A DNA stretch of 64,000 nucleotides from an uncultured Chloroflexota bacterium (lineage in GTDB: Bacteria > Chloroflexota > Dehalococcoidia > Lucifugimonadales > UBA1127), in contig CAJWQJ010000003.1 in NCBI GenBank assembly GCA_913045315.1, positions 31,732 to 95,731 of the forward strand, written 5' to 3'. The notes beneath the pieces are model-generated. The model did not search any database and was not told the origin of the DNA. It worked only from the letters and a program-made list of their open reading frames with translations. Every line of letters begins with the position of its first letter. Position 1 is the first letter of the stretch. Of this stretch, positions 53,046 through 61,985 are shown piece by piece. The translations under genes were made by a program, and so were the position numbers.

Positions 53046-53088
53046 GATAAGCTACTCAATTCCAATAGATTTTTTGATTTTGATAATT

Positions 53089-53430
53089 TTATCGCCACGA
53101 TCTGAGACCTCGGTTATCACTTTGGATTTGTAATCGTCTTCCCTGATCTCGCCATTGATTTGAATTAGAATATTTTGTTCTTGGAATTGCTGAAGAGTTA
53201 TCAAAATCTGATGCAGCTGCTAAAGCAGCTATTGCAATTGTTTCAATTGGGGTAGATGCGATTTTTGGTTCAGTTATAACTATTGCCTTATCTGAGATTA
53301 TTTCAGTTTGAACAAATTTTCGAGCAACAAAAGTTAGCAGATTGATCATTATTGCCAGAGCAATTAATGAGCAAAAAACAAGACTTACTCCGGTTATTGT
53401 TATTTGAATCGCTTCATTAAGTTCTGACAT
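53089..53430 (-). CDS. Na+-decarboxylase gamma/delta subunit (OadG/MmdD-like)
   Basis: N-terminal TM ITITGVSLVFCSLIAL, IAIAALAAA segment, C-terminal W...GR; directly upstream of the beta subunit. Confidence 0.8.
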   Translation of the reverse strand: MSELNEAIQITITGVSLVFCSLIALAIMINLLTFVARKFVQTEIISDKAIVITEPKIASTPIETIAIAALAAASDFDNSSAIPRTKYSNSNQWRDQGRRLQIQSDNRGLRSWR

Positions 53431-53523
53431 AGGTAGATTGAATTGCTTTCTTTAGGATATAAAAAGTATTTCGCTTATCTGAAATAAATTTTCCCAGTCC
53501 ACAAGCGTTGTGTCAACAATATA

Positions 53524-54168
53524 TCATTTATTAACTAGATTTTTTAGGTTAGATTTATTTCTTTCAATGGAAATTATAGCTTCTAATTGCAATAATGTTT
53601 CATTAAGCATACCTTCTTTATTTTCGATTTTGTAATCAAAAATTGATGATCCCTCTAATTCTTTTTTAGCTTCTTTTAATCTTTGTGCTATATTAACTCT
53701 TGATTCAGTTTCTCGTTTTAAAAGATGGCTTTCTAGATTCCTAAAAGATGTTGGGTTTAGGAATATTAATACGCTTTCCGGTAATTTTTGTTTTATTGTT
53801 TTTGCACCTTGTATGTCAGTTTTAATCACAATTAAATCGCTTCTTTCAAATCCTTTATTAACTTCTTTGATTAGAACTCCATATTTATGCTGATATACTT
53901 GAGCCCATTCAAGAAATTCATTATTTTGAACTTTTTTTTCGAATTCATTGTCTTTAAGAAATATGTAATGTTTTCCTTCCTGTTCATAAGGTCTTCTTTT
54001 CCTGGTTGTTGCAGTTACGATTGTTGTTATTGATAAATCAATGCTTGTTAGTCTATTTACTATTGCGTCTTTGCCAACACCTGAAGGGCCTGATATAACC
54101 AATAATAGTTTATTGTTTTTTTTGATGTTTTCGATTGAATAGGGATTATCTGTTTTTTGTTTTTTCAT
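53524..54168 (-). CDS. gmk: Guanylate kinase
   Basis: ISGPSGVGKD, TTRKRRPYEQEGKHYIF, FLEWAQVY...YG, DIQGA. Confidence 0.93.
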   Translation of the reverse strand: MKKQKTDNPYSIENIKKNNKLLLVISGPSGVGKDAIVNRLTSIDLSITTIVTATTRKRRPYEQEGKHYIFLKDNEFEKKVQNNEFLEWAQVYQHKYGVLIKEVNKGFERSDLIVIKTDIQGAKTIKQKLPESVLIFLNPTSFRNLESHLLKRETESRVNIAQRLKEAKKELEGSSIFDYKIENKEGMLNETLLQLEAIISIERNKSNLKNLVNK

Positions 54169-55450
54169 TATTGAAACTATCTAGTGTTTCCCAAAACTTG
54201 GGATATGAAATTGAAACACATTCTGCATTAGATATATTGGTGTTGCCATCTGAGTTTAAGGCAGCGATTGCAATTGCCATAGCTATTCTGTGGTCGCCAT
54301 GACTATTGCAAGAAGCACCAGCAAGTTTATTCCCACCCTCAATTATCATGCCATTAGTAGTTTCCTCTATTTTGGCATTCAATCGTCCGAGTTCTTGAAC
54401 GATTGATGTAATTCTGTCTGATTCTTTGGCTCGAAGTTCTTGTGCGTCGTCTATTATTGTTTTGCCTTTTGCAAAGCATGCAGCTACTGCAATTATAGGT
54501 AATTCATCTATCAATCCTGGAATCATGTTTCCTTTGATTTCGAGACCATGGAGTTCACTAGTTTCTACAGCTAAGTCTGCAACTGGTTCTCCTCCAACTT
54601 CTTTTAAGTTAGTAATAATTATTTTAGCACCCATTTCTTTTAGCAAGTTTACTATTGCAGTTCTGGAAGGGTTCATTCCAACATTTTGCACGGTGATTGC
54701 AGCATCTCTATGAATGGCTCCAGCTACAAGCCAGAAAGCAGCTGCACTCATGTCACCAGGAATATCAAGGCTAAGACTAGTTAATTTTCCAGGAGTTATT
54801 TCAATGGTTTGATCGTTAACTACAACTTCACCTCCCATATTTATCATCATACGTTCCGAGTGGTCTCTTGTTGGAGTAAGTTCTGTTATAATTGTTTTTT
54901 CTCTGGCAAACAAACCAGCAATCATGAGGCATGATTTTACTTGTGCACTGGCAACAGGCATTCTGTATTCTATTCCATTAAGATTTCCTGAATGAAATTC
55001 AAGTGGAGGGCAACCATTTTCTAACTTGCTTTTTACTTTAGCCCCCATAAGGGTAAGAGGTTTAATTATTCTTTCCATTGGCCTTCTATTTAATGAATAG
55101 TCGCCACTTATGGAGGAGTAAAATGGTTGTGCAGCAAGAATTCCACTTATTAATCTTAAAGTTGTGCCACTATTTCCTGCATCTAAATTTTGGGAAGGCT
55201 TAACGAAAGTGCTATTTGAACCTTCAATTTCTATCGTTGTTGGGTTCATTTCATCTCTATAAATTTTGGCACCTAATTGATTTAAACAATTTACAGTTGA
55301 GAGGCAATCTTCTCCTTGAGAGAAATTAGTTACTTTAGAATATCCTTTAGAGATTGCGTTAAATATAGCTGATCGATGAGAAATTGATTTATCTCCAGGA
55401 AGAGTGATTATTCCACGCAACATTTTTTTAGGTTCAATGGTTTTAAGCAT
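54146..55450 (-). CDS. aroA: 3-phosphoshikimate 1-carboxyvinyltransferase
   Basis: PGDKSISHR, GNSGTT.RL, RPM.R, ASAQVKS, RDHSERM, IDELP, ELRAKESDRI, DHRIAM. Confidence 0.97.
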   Translation of the reverse strand: MLKTIEPKKMLRGIITLPGDKSISHRSAIFNAISKGYSKVTNFSQGEDCLSTVNCLNQLGAKIYRDEMNPTTIEIEGSNSTFVKPSQNLDAGNSGTTLRLISGILAAQPFYSSISGDYSLNRRPMERIIKPLTLMGAKVKSKLENGCPPLEFHSGNLNGIEYRMPVASAQVKSCLMIAGLFAREKTIITELTPTRDHSERMMINMGGEVVVNDQTIEITPGKLTSLSLDIPGDMSAAAFWLVAGAIHRDAAITVQNVGMNPSRTAIVNLLKEMGAKIIITNLKEVGGEPVADLAVETSELHGLEIKGNMIPGLIDELPIIAVAACFAKGKTIIDDAQELRAKESDRITSIVQELGRLNAKIEETTNGMIIEGGNKLAGASCNSHGDHRIAMAIAIAALNSDGNTNISNAECVSISYPKFWETLDSFNNEKTKNR

Positions 55451-55452
55451 AG

Positions 55453-56457
55453 TTATCTTCTAGGATATTTAGTTTGACTGTCATCAGATTGCCCAATCTT
55501 TTCACCAGCACGTTTTGCTAAGCTGTCTCCCATAAGCAAACTCATCATGGCCTCTCCAGTTTTAGGAAGGTCATCAGTGAGGGATTTTTCATTTCCAACC
55601 TCTCCTTTCAACCATTTGGCTCTCGATTCCCAAGCATCAATAAATAAATCCTCAATTTCTTTTGATGTACCCGACATTATTTTTTTTATTTCCTCTAATT
55701 CGGTGATGAATTCATCAATCCAATAAGAAATACCGTTGACATTAGTCAAACAAATATCTCTGTGCATTAAAGGATCACCAGAAGCTAACCGTGACATGTC
55801 TCTGAATCCTGAACCTGCAAGTTTAGATATTTCTCTCCATCCTCTACTTTTTGAATTCATAGACATTAAAGTTGTTGCAAGAAGAAACGGGAGATGACTA
55901 ATTGCTGCAACATAACTATCGTGTTCTTCAGGGTCAACAAAATAATGATTACTTCCAATGATATTTACTAACCCTAAAATGGCATCTATTGCTTCAGGAG
56001 ATGCACTTACACTTGTACATATTGCATATGTGCAATTTTGAAATAAATCTGCAGTTGCGGCTTCAGGGCCTGATTGTTCTCTTCCAGCCATTGGGTGTCC
56101 ACCAATAAAATTGATGTTGGGAGGAAGTAGCTCTTTAGCCCATTCGTGAATTTGTCCTTTTGTGCTACCAGTATCAGTTACCACTGTTCCTTCATTAAGG
56201 TGTGGAGCAATATTTTCAAAAACTTCGCGAATAGATAATACCGGAGTGCAAATTATAACTAATTTAGAATCTTGTACTGCTTTTTTGTAATCCCCTTCGT
56301 CTTTATCGATTGCTCCCATTTTTTTTGCTGTTGAACGATGTTTTTTACTCAGATCGTGACCAACAATTTGTGTAGAAGTTAAGGCATTAGATTTTTTTAT
56401 TGCTAGACCTAAGGATGTTCCAATAAGTCCTAGTCCGATAATTGTTATTTTTTCCAA
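55453..56457 (-). CDS. tyrA: Prephenate/arogenate dehydrogenase
   Basis: IIGLGLIGTS, TDTGSTK, GGHPMAG.E, HD..VA.ISHLP, GSGFRDMSRLA. Confidence 0.92.
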   Translation of the reverse strand: MEKITIIGLGLIGTSLGLAIKKSNALTSTQIVGHDLSKKHRSTAKKMGAIDKDEGDYKKAVQDSKLVIICTPVLSIREVFENIAPHLNEGTVVTDTGSTKGQIHEWAKELLPPNINFIGGHPMAGREQSGPEAATADLFQNCTYAICTSVSASPEAIDAILGLVNIIGSNHYFVDPEEHDSYVAAISHLPFLLATTLMSMNSKSRGWREISKLAGSGFRDMSRLASGDPLMHRDICLTNVNGISYWIDEFITELEEIKKIMSGTSKEIEDLFIDAWESRAKWLKGEVGNEKSLTDDLPKTGEAMMSLLMGDSLAKRAGEKIGQSDDSQTKYPRR

Positions 56458-56544
56458 AATATAAATTCCTCCATCTAGCTTTATAATTTTTTTATACTTT
56501 ATTAACTTATTATAACGTAGGAAATTTTTTTTGTAGTGTTATGT

Positions 56545-56583
56545 ATAAATCATGTTGATTCCTTAGGAATCAACATGATTTAT
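56545..56583. repeat. Perfect inverted repeat, 19-bp arms with a 1-nt centre
   Basis: ATAAATCATGTTGATTCCT-T-AGGAATCAACATGATTTAT. Confidence 0.9.
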
Positions 56584-56589
56584 TGATTA

Positions 56590-57270
56590 TTAAGTCCCTA
56601 TAAATAATTTCACGATTGCCAGTACTATTGGGCTAATTATGGTAGATAATATCCCAATATTTAAAAAAATATCTACTACTATTACTGAGAGCAATATAGG
56701 TGGCCCCCATCTATCTAATTGAATTAAGTATGGAGTGTATTTTGAGGGTAAAATAGCAGCTAAAATTTTTGAGCCATCTAAGGGTGAAATTGGAATTAAG
56801 TTAAATATAGCCAATATTACATTTACATAAATAAGCGTTATCATTAAATCCAAGATAACTACTATTGGGAAAGAATTTATTGAATAGTCGTTTGAAAATA
56901 AACCCATTCTAAAAATTGTTCCAAGTATTGCTCCTAGAATGAGGTTTGAAATTGGACCTGCAAGGGAAATTATTGCCAAGTTGCGAGAACGTTTATTTCC
57001 TACTTTAAATGGGTTTACAGGGACAGGTTTCCCCCATCCAAATCCAGCAACCAAAAGCATAATGCTCCCCAATGGGTCAAGATGTTTCATGGGGTTTATT
57101 GTTAATCGTCCTTCTAACTTAGCAGTATCATCCCCAAATTTGTATGCGAGGATAGCATGGCTAAATTCATGTATTGTTATTCCTATTACTAGGGATGCTA
57201 AGATGCCCAATATTTCCCAAAGAGCAAACCATGGGTTATTAATTAAATAATCGAGGTTAGCAAGAAGCAA
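56590..57270 (-). CDS. Site-2 protease (peptidase M50) family protein
   Basis: HEFSH, GDDTAK.EGRLT.NP..HLDP.G, GWGKPVPVN, AGP.SN, FNLIPISPLDGS. Confidence 0.93.
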   Translation of the reverse strand: MLLANLDYLINNPWFALWEILGILASLVIGITIHEFSHAILAYKFGDDTAKLEGRLTINPMKHLDPLGSIMLLVAGFGWGKPVPVNPFKVGNKRSRNLAIISLAGPISNLILGAILGTIFRMGLFSNDYSINSFPIVVILDLMITLIYVNVILAIFNLIPISPLDGSKILAAILPSKYTPYLIQLDRWGPPILLSVIVVDIFLNIGILSTIISPIVLAIVKLFIGT

Positions 57271-57297
57271 TGTTTATTCCGATCATATCGAGTGGAT

Positions 57298-58065
57298 CTA
57301 AATAATATCTTCATATTCATTGTCGTCATCGTCATAGTCATCGTTAGATTCTTCTGATGATGTGGACGAGGGTAATAAAGGACTATTTGAATTTTGCTTA
57401 TGAGGTTTTCGTTTTTTTGAAATTTTCAAGTTATTACTGATTTCAGTGAATTCTTCTTGGGTAATATTTGAAATATCTGCAACAATTCCCTGTACTCCAA
57501 TTTCATTAAGGCAATCAAGTTCCCATTTTGAAGGTTTTCTTTCGAGTTTGACGAGAAAGGGAAGGTTAATATCGCTTCTCAAAGCAGAAATATTAAGTAA
57601 TTTTTCTAAAGTTATTGGAGTTGTAAGGCTTTCTGAAAGGAGAATAGCATCAACGGGTAAAGTTTCTAGACCTGAAACTTGGTCCTTTAGAAATTTTTCG
57701 GAAATAACTAAAATTTTTCCTAGATCTTCTTTGTTGAGTTGTTCTAATTCAATAGTATGGTCATTTATCAAAATAAAATCGATATTGTTTTTGATAGAAT
57801 TGATATCGATATTTTCTGTTTGCAAACCAATAACAATTGAATCAGATGCTATTTCAAAGGGAGTATTTTTTTTATTTGAATTCTGTATCAATACTACAGC
57901 ATCCACAGGATAATTGCTTAAGTCGATTTTTTTTATTGATTCTGTTTTTGTTGTTGCTATCAAAACCATTGATGGAGGATTTGAGCTTGATTGTCTAAGA
58001 CCAAAACCAATCCTTGGACCTTCATTTTTCCCAAGTTGTTCTATTCGCCGTATCAATTTACTCAT
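57298..58065 (-). CDS. Hypothetical protein (beta/alpha-repeat pattern) with an acidic tail
   Basis: 255-aa ORF with GAAGGA RBS; N-terminal RIGFG, tail EESNDDYDDDDNEYED; no catalytic motif recognised. Confidence 0.6.
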   Translation of the reverse strand: MSKLIRRIEQLGKNEGPRIGFGLRQSSSNPPSMVLIATTKTESIKKIDLSNYPVDAVVLIQNSNKKNTPFEIASDSIVIGLQTENIDINSIKNNIDFILINDHTIELEQLNKEDLGKILVISEKFLKDQVSGLETLPVDAILLSESLTTPITLEKLLNISALRSDINLPFLVKLERKPSKWELDCLNEIGVQGIVADISNITQEEFTEISNNLKISKKRKPHKQNSNSPLLPSSTSSEESNDDYDDDDNEYEDII

Positions 58066-58184
58066 TTTTTCCTTCTTTTTATCAAGTGGTATGTCTTATC
58101 TGTAACCATTTTATCACATTATAGATAGTAGTTTTTTGTTAGATGATCCTTTTTAAAAAATAATTTCAGAATACAAAGGGATAA

Positions 58185-58925
58185 TTATCTTCCATACTCT
58201 AAGCGAGCTACTAAAATTTCATCAACCCCTGCATTTCGCATTTTTCTTTGTGTAGCTTCAATGTCATAGTTTGTCCGTCGTCTTGTCACGGTTTCATCAA
58301 CATCGTCATATATCATATAGCTCGCTCTAGGGTCTCCATCTCTTGGTTGTCCAACACTACCTGGATTCAGAACAATGCGTGTTTTTTTTGTTAAATTGTA
58401 TAATTCTTCCTCAGGAAATTTAATAAAGGTAGGGCCTGATTCTGTACAAATTAATGGCGTTCTGGATGCTCCAACAGCACAATAGGGTGTTCTGAAATAA
58501 AGGAAGGTATCATGTAAAGCTTCAATAGGCATATACATTGGGTGGAAAACTTCTTTTATTGGTTGACGAGGTGTTCCATGGGTCAGAGTAAAAGAATTAT
58601 GTTCAAGTGTTAATGGTAAATTTTCTAGATAGTTTTTTTGTGAGTTAGTAATTTGAGTTTTTGTCCAGTCAAAAATATCTATTGCAGGTTGACCATATCC
58701 ATCAGTTTCAATTTTTTCAGTCACTGCTAAATCTTGGTCGCCTGCTACGGCTATATGATTATGTGCTAGTAATAAGTCAATACAATTTTCAGGCTCTGAA
58801 CCACAACCCGTTATGTCTCCAAGAAACCATATCATATCAAAACCGCTTTTGATCATTGCATCTTCAAGTACAGCTTCAAATGCTTTTAGGTTTCCTTGAA
58901 TATCAGCTATTACTAAATTCTTCAC
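58185..58925 (-). CDS. Calcineurin-like metallophosphoesterase-family protein with degenerate active site
   Basis: ADIQGNL.A..AV, LGDITGCG, AGDQD, HGTP, VGASR, NPGSVGQPRDGDPRASY. Confidence 0.88.
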   Translation of the reverse strand: MKNLVIADIQGNLKAFEAVLEDAMIKSGFDMIWFLGDITGCGSEPENCIDLLLAHNHIAVAGDQDLAVTEKIETDGYGQPAIDIFDWTKTQITNSQKNYLENLPLTLEHNSFTLTHGTPRQPIKEVFHPMYMPIEALHDTFLYFRTPYCAVGASRTPLICTESGPTFIKFPEEELYNLTKKTRIVLNPGSVGQPRDGDPRASYMIYDDVDETVTRRRTNYDIEATQRKMRNAGVDEILVARLEYGR

Positions 58926-58985
58926 TAGTTTACAATTCTGCCCTTTATTATTGAGGTTGATATTTAGGAATACTATAATACAAGA

Positions 58986-59972
58986 ATGTTAATTTCCGAA
59001 ATTGGTGAAAATGGTCTTATACAACAAATAAACTCATGGCTTACTGAGTTAGATCATGATTCGGATTTTAGTAGCTTACCACTTTTTGTAGGACTAGGCG
59101 ACGACGCTGCAGCATGGGAAAGCTCAAGTCAAATGACTTTATTAACTACAGATACTTTAGTAGAAGATGTTCACTTTAATTTCGAAACAATGAATTGGTA
59201 CTCATTAGGATGGAAGTCGCTTGCAGTTAATATGAGTGATATTGCAGCTATGGGTGGAGACCCTCAGTATGCAACTGTAAGTTTAGCACTTCCAGGTGAT
59301 ATAAATGTAGAGGATGTACACAGTTTTTATAGAGGAGCAATCGATTTAAGTAGGAAATATGGAGGAAAAATTGTCGGAGGAGACGTAGTAAAATCGCAAT
59401 TAGTAGTAATCACAGTTTCTATGATAGGTATTACTAATAAACAATTACTCCTTATGTCATCTGCTAATGAGGGAGATGTTATTTGCGTTACTGGTTCGCT
59501 TGGTGGTTCTGCAGCTGGTTTGAAATTACTACTTTCCGAAACTGCATCGAATGATAATAAAGAATTGGTCATACTACATCAACAACCGAATCCAAGAATT
59601 GCAGATGCAAAAATTATTAAGCAAAATGGGATTAAGTGTGTCACGGATCTAAGTGATGGTCTTTTTGTTGACTTGCTTAGAGTAATTCAATCAAGTGGAG
59701 TAGGTGCAGTCATTTACTCGGATTCTGTTCCAGTAAATCATCTTGCAAAAAAGTATTTTCCAGACGATGCACAAGAAATGGCTCTTAATGGTGGAGAAGA
59801 CTATGAATTATTATTTTGCGGACCTGTAGATTTAGTTAATGAAACATTAAAGAAATTAAGTCCGGATAGTGCGATAATTGGAAAAATAGTTAATGGTTCA
59901 GGAGTAAAATTGGTAGATTCATTTGGCATTCCTGTTGAATTATTAAATTTTGGATGGGATCATTTTCAATAA
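58986..59972 (+). CDS. thiL: Thiamine-monophosphate kinase
   Basis: GE..LI, GDDAA, TTDTLVEDVHF, G.K.LAVN.SDIAAMGG.P, GGD, DLSDGL, GGEDYEL, GWDHF. Confidence 0.95.
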   Translation: MLISEIGENGLIQQINSWLTELDHDSDFSSLPLFVGLGDDAAAWESSSQMTLLTTDTLVEDVHFNFETMNWYSLGWKSLAVNMSDIAAMGGDPQYATVSLALPGDINVEDVHSFYRGAIDLSRKYGGKIVGGDVVKSQLVVITVSMIGITNKQLLLMSSANEGDVICVTGSLGGSAAGLKLLLSETASNDNKELVILHQQPNPRIADAKIIKQNGIKCVTDLSDGLFVDLLRVIQSSGVGAVIYSDSVPVNHLAKKYFPDDAQEMALNGGEDYELLFCGPVDLVNETLKKLSPDSAIIGKIVNGSGVKLVDSFGIPVELLNFGWDHFQ

Positions 59973-59984
59973 TGAGATTTAGTT

Positions 59985-60449
59985 ATGATTGAATTATTTA
60001 CTAATGAAGTATCAATGACTCAAAATCTAGGATTTTATTTGGGCGAGATGCTTGAATCTGGGGATATAATATTACTTTCAGGAGAATTGGGTTCTGGAAA
60101 AACCCAATTCACTAAGGGTATAGCTAGAGGACTTATGAGCGAACAGGAACCTCGTAGCCCTACTTTTGTTTTACTAGCAAAATATAAAGGTCGTATGGAT
60201 ATATATCATGCTGATTTGTATAGATTAGATAATGGATATCCTGAAGTTTTTGATATTGGCTTAGATGAAGTTATGCATTCAAATGGGGTAACTATTGTTG
60301 AGTGGGCAGAAAAAGCTTTTAATAATTTTCAAGAGGATCATTTATGGGTTCATTTTGAGGTTATTGAATATGACCATAGGAAAATACGATTATATCCAAA
60401 AGGGCGACGATATGAGCAATTGTTAATTCATTTTTCTGATAGAGTATAA
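59985..60449 (+). CDS. tsaE: t6A biosynthesis ATPase TsaE
   Basis: GELGSGKT.F..G, SPTF.L, HADLYRL, IVEW. Confidence 0.93.
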   Translation: MIELFTNEVSMTQNLGFYLGEMLESGDIILLSGELGSGKTQFTKGIARGLMSEQEPRSPTFVLLAKYKGRMDIYHADLYRLDNGYPEVFDIGLDEVMHSNGVTIVEWAEKAFNNFQEDHLWVHFEVIEYDHRKIRLYPKGRRYEQLLIHFSDRV

Positions 60450-60452
60450 AAT

Positions 60453-61121
60453 ATGGAATTAGCTATAGACACATCAACGAAATATGCAAGCTTGGGATTA
60501 TCATTCAATGGAAAGATGGTAGCAGAGAACCAGTGGTTATCTGGCTGGAATCATACTGTCGAAATAGGTGCCAAAATACGGAAGCTATTAAAGTCAAAAC
60601 TTCTGAAACCAAATGATATTGACAGTATTTTTTTAGCGATTGGCCCAGGTGGTTATAGTTCTTTGCGAACAGGACTATCTTTTGCTAAAGGGTTTGCAGA
60701 AGCAAGTGGTGCTCATATTTATGCTGTAAGCACCTTAGCTATTCAAGCATATCCATTTTTTTCTTTAAATGTGCCAATATGTTCATTATTACAAGTAGGT
60801 CGAGATCAAATTGCATGGTCCATATATGATCCATTGAATAAAAAAGGTTCAGAAGTAAAAATCAATTCCTTAGATGAAATCGTTAAATATTGTAGTTCTG
60901 ACTTTATTTTCTGTGGTGAAGGCATAAAAGAAATAGAATCTACTTCGGCTACTTTTAAAAATTATCGTAGGTTTATTGTTAATAGAAATATGAATACACG
61001 ATTTGTACGTGATTTGATAAAAATTGGATTTGAAATGAAACTGCAGGGTTTTCATAGTGATTTGACTACTTTGGAACCAAATTATCTTCGAAACCCAAGC
61101 ATCCATGTGTCAAAAAAATGA
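60453..61121 (+). CDS. tsaB: t6A biosynthesis protein TsaB
   Basis: LAIDTST, GPGGYSSLRTG...AKG, VSTL, LEPNYLR; follows tsaE. Confidence 0.88.
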   Translation: MELAIDTSTKYASLGLSFNGKMVAENQWLSGWNHTVEIGAKIRKLLKSKLLKPNDIDSIFLAIGPGGYSSLRTGLSFAKGFAEASGAHIYAVSTLAIQAYPFFSLNVPICSLLQVGRDQIAWSIYDPLNKKGSEVKINSLDEIVKYCSSDFIFCGEGIKEIESTSATFKNYRRFIVNRNMNTRFVRDLIKIGFEMKLQGFHSDLTTLEPNYLRNPSIHVSKK

Positions 61122-61140
61122 AATTTATAAGGGGTGATCA

Positions 61141-61602
61141 ATGTCTAGTGGTGAAAGAACTTTGTTTCTTATTAAACCTGATGGAGTTCAGCGTGGATTA
61201 GTCTCAGTTATTATAGAAAGGATAGAAAAAAAAGGGCTTCAAATTGTAGGATTAAAAATGATGATAGTATCTGGAGATCTTGCTAAAAAGCATTATGAGG
61301 AACATGTTGGCAAACCTTTTTTTGATAATTTAGTTTCTTTTATTACCTCAAGTCCAATAGTAGCGATGGTCTTGCAAGGTCCTAATTCTATAGAACTAAC
61401 AAGAAATATGATGGGCAAGACAAATCCACTTGAAGCATTACCTGGAACTATTAGGGCTGATTTTGGGGTTGAAGTGGGCAGGAATCTTGTTCATGGATCA
61501 GACTCGCCTGATTCTGCAATTAGAGAGATAAGTCTGTTTTTTGAGGATTCAGAATTATTGGATTGGAAGAACAATCAAGCTAATTGGATCATTGAATCCT
61601 AA
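61141..61602 (+). CDS. ndk: Nucleoside-diphosphate kinase
   Basis: ERTLFLIKPDGVQRGL, HYEEH..KPFF, PGTIR.DF, NLVHGSDS. Confidence 0.98.
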   Translation: MSSGERTLFLIKPDGVQRGLVSVIIERIEKKGLQIVGLKMMIVSGDLAKKHYEEHVGKPFFDNLVSFITSSPIVAMVLQGPNSIELTRNMMGKTNPLEALPGTIRADFGVEVGRNLVHGSDSPDSAIREISLFFEDSELLDWKNNQANWIIES

Positions 61603-61939
61603 TCAGAGCTGTAGCATCTTCCCAAAGTTCTTCAAGCTGAAAATACGCTCTTTGTTCTGATCCAAATATATGTATTATGATGTCTCCATAATCTAGAAGA
61701 ATCCAACCTGAATCTGAATTACCTTCTTTGCTAGTAAGTTTAAATTCAGTGTTTTTCATTGCTGTTGTTATCGCATCACTTAAAGCTTCAATATGCCTTT
61801 TGTTTTCTCCAGTCATTATTACAAAATAATCTGCAAAATCAGCAATTGATGTTATATCTAGAAGCAGTATTTCTACACCTTGATGTTCTGATGCTATTTC
61901 AGCTGTCTTTCTAGCGAACTCATCTGCGTTATTAATCAA
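61589..61939 (-). CDS. rsfS: Ribosome silencing factor RsfS (Iojap)
   Basis: ADYFVIMTG, EG..SGWILLDYGDIIIHIF..EQR.YF.LEELW; TTG start at 61939 with GGAG RBS. Confidence 0.92.
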   Translation of the reverse strand: MINNADEFARKTAEIASEHQGVEILLLDITSIADFADYFVIMTGENKRHIEALSDAITTAMKNTEFKLTSKEGNSDSGWILLDYGDIIIHIFGSEQRAYFQLEELWEDATALIRIQ

Positions 61940-61985
61940 AAAACTCCAAAAATTGCTTATAGCAAAACGCACTTCCCTGATCACG

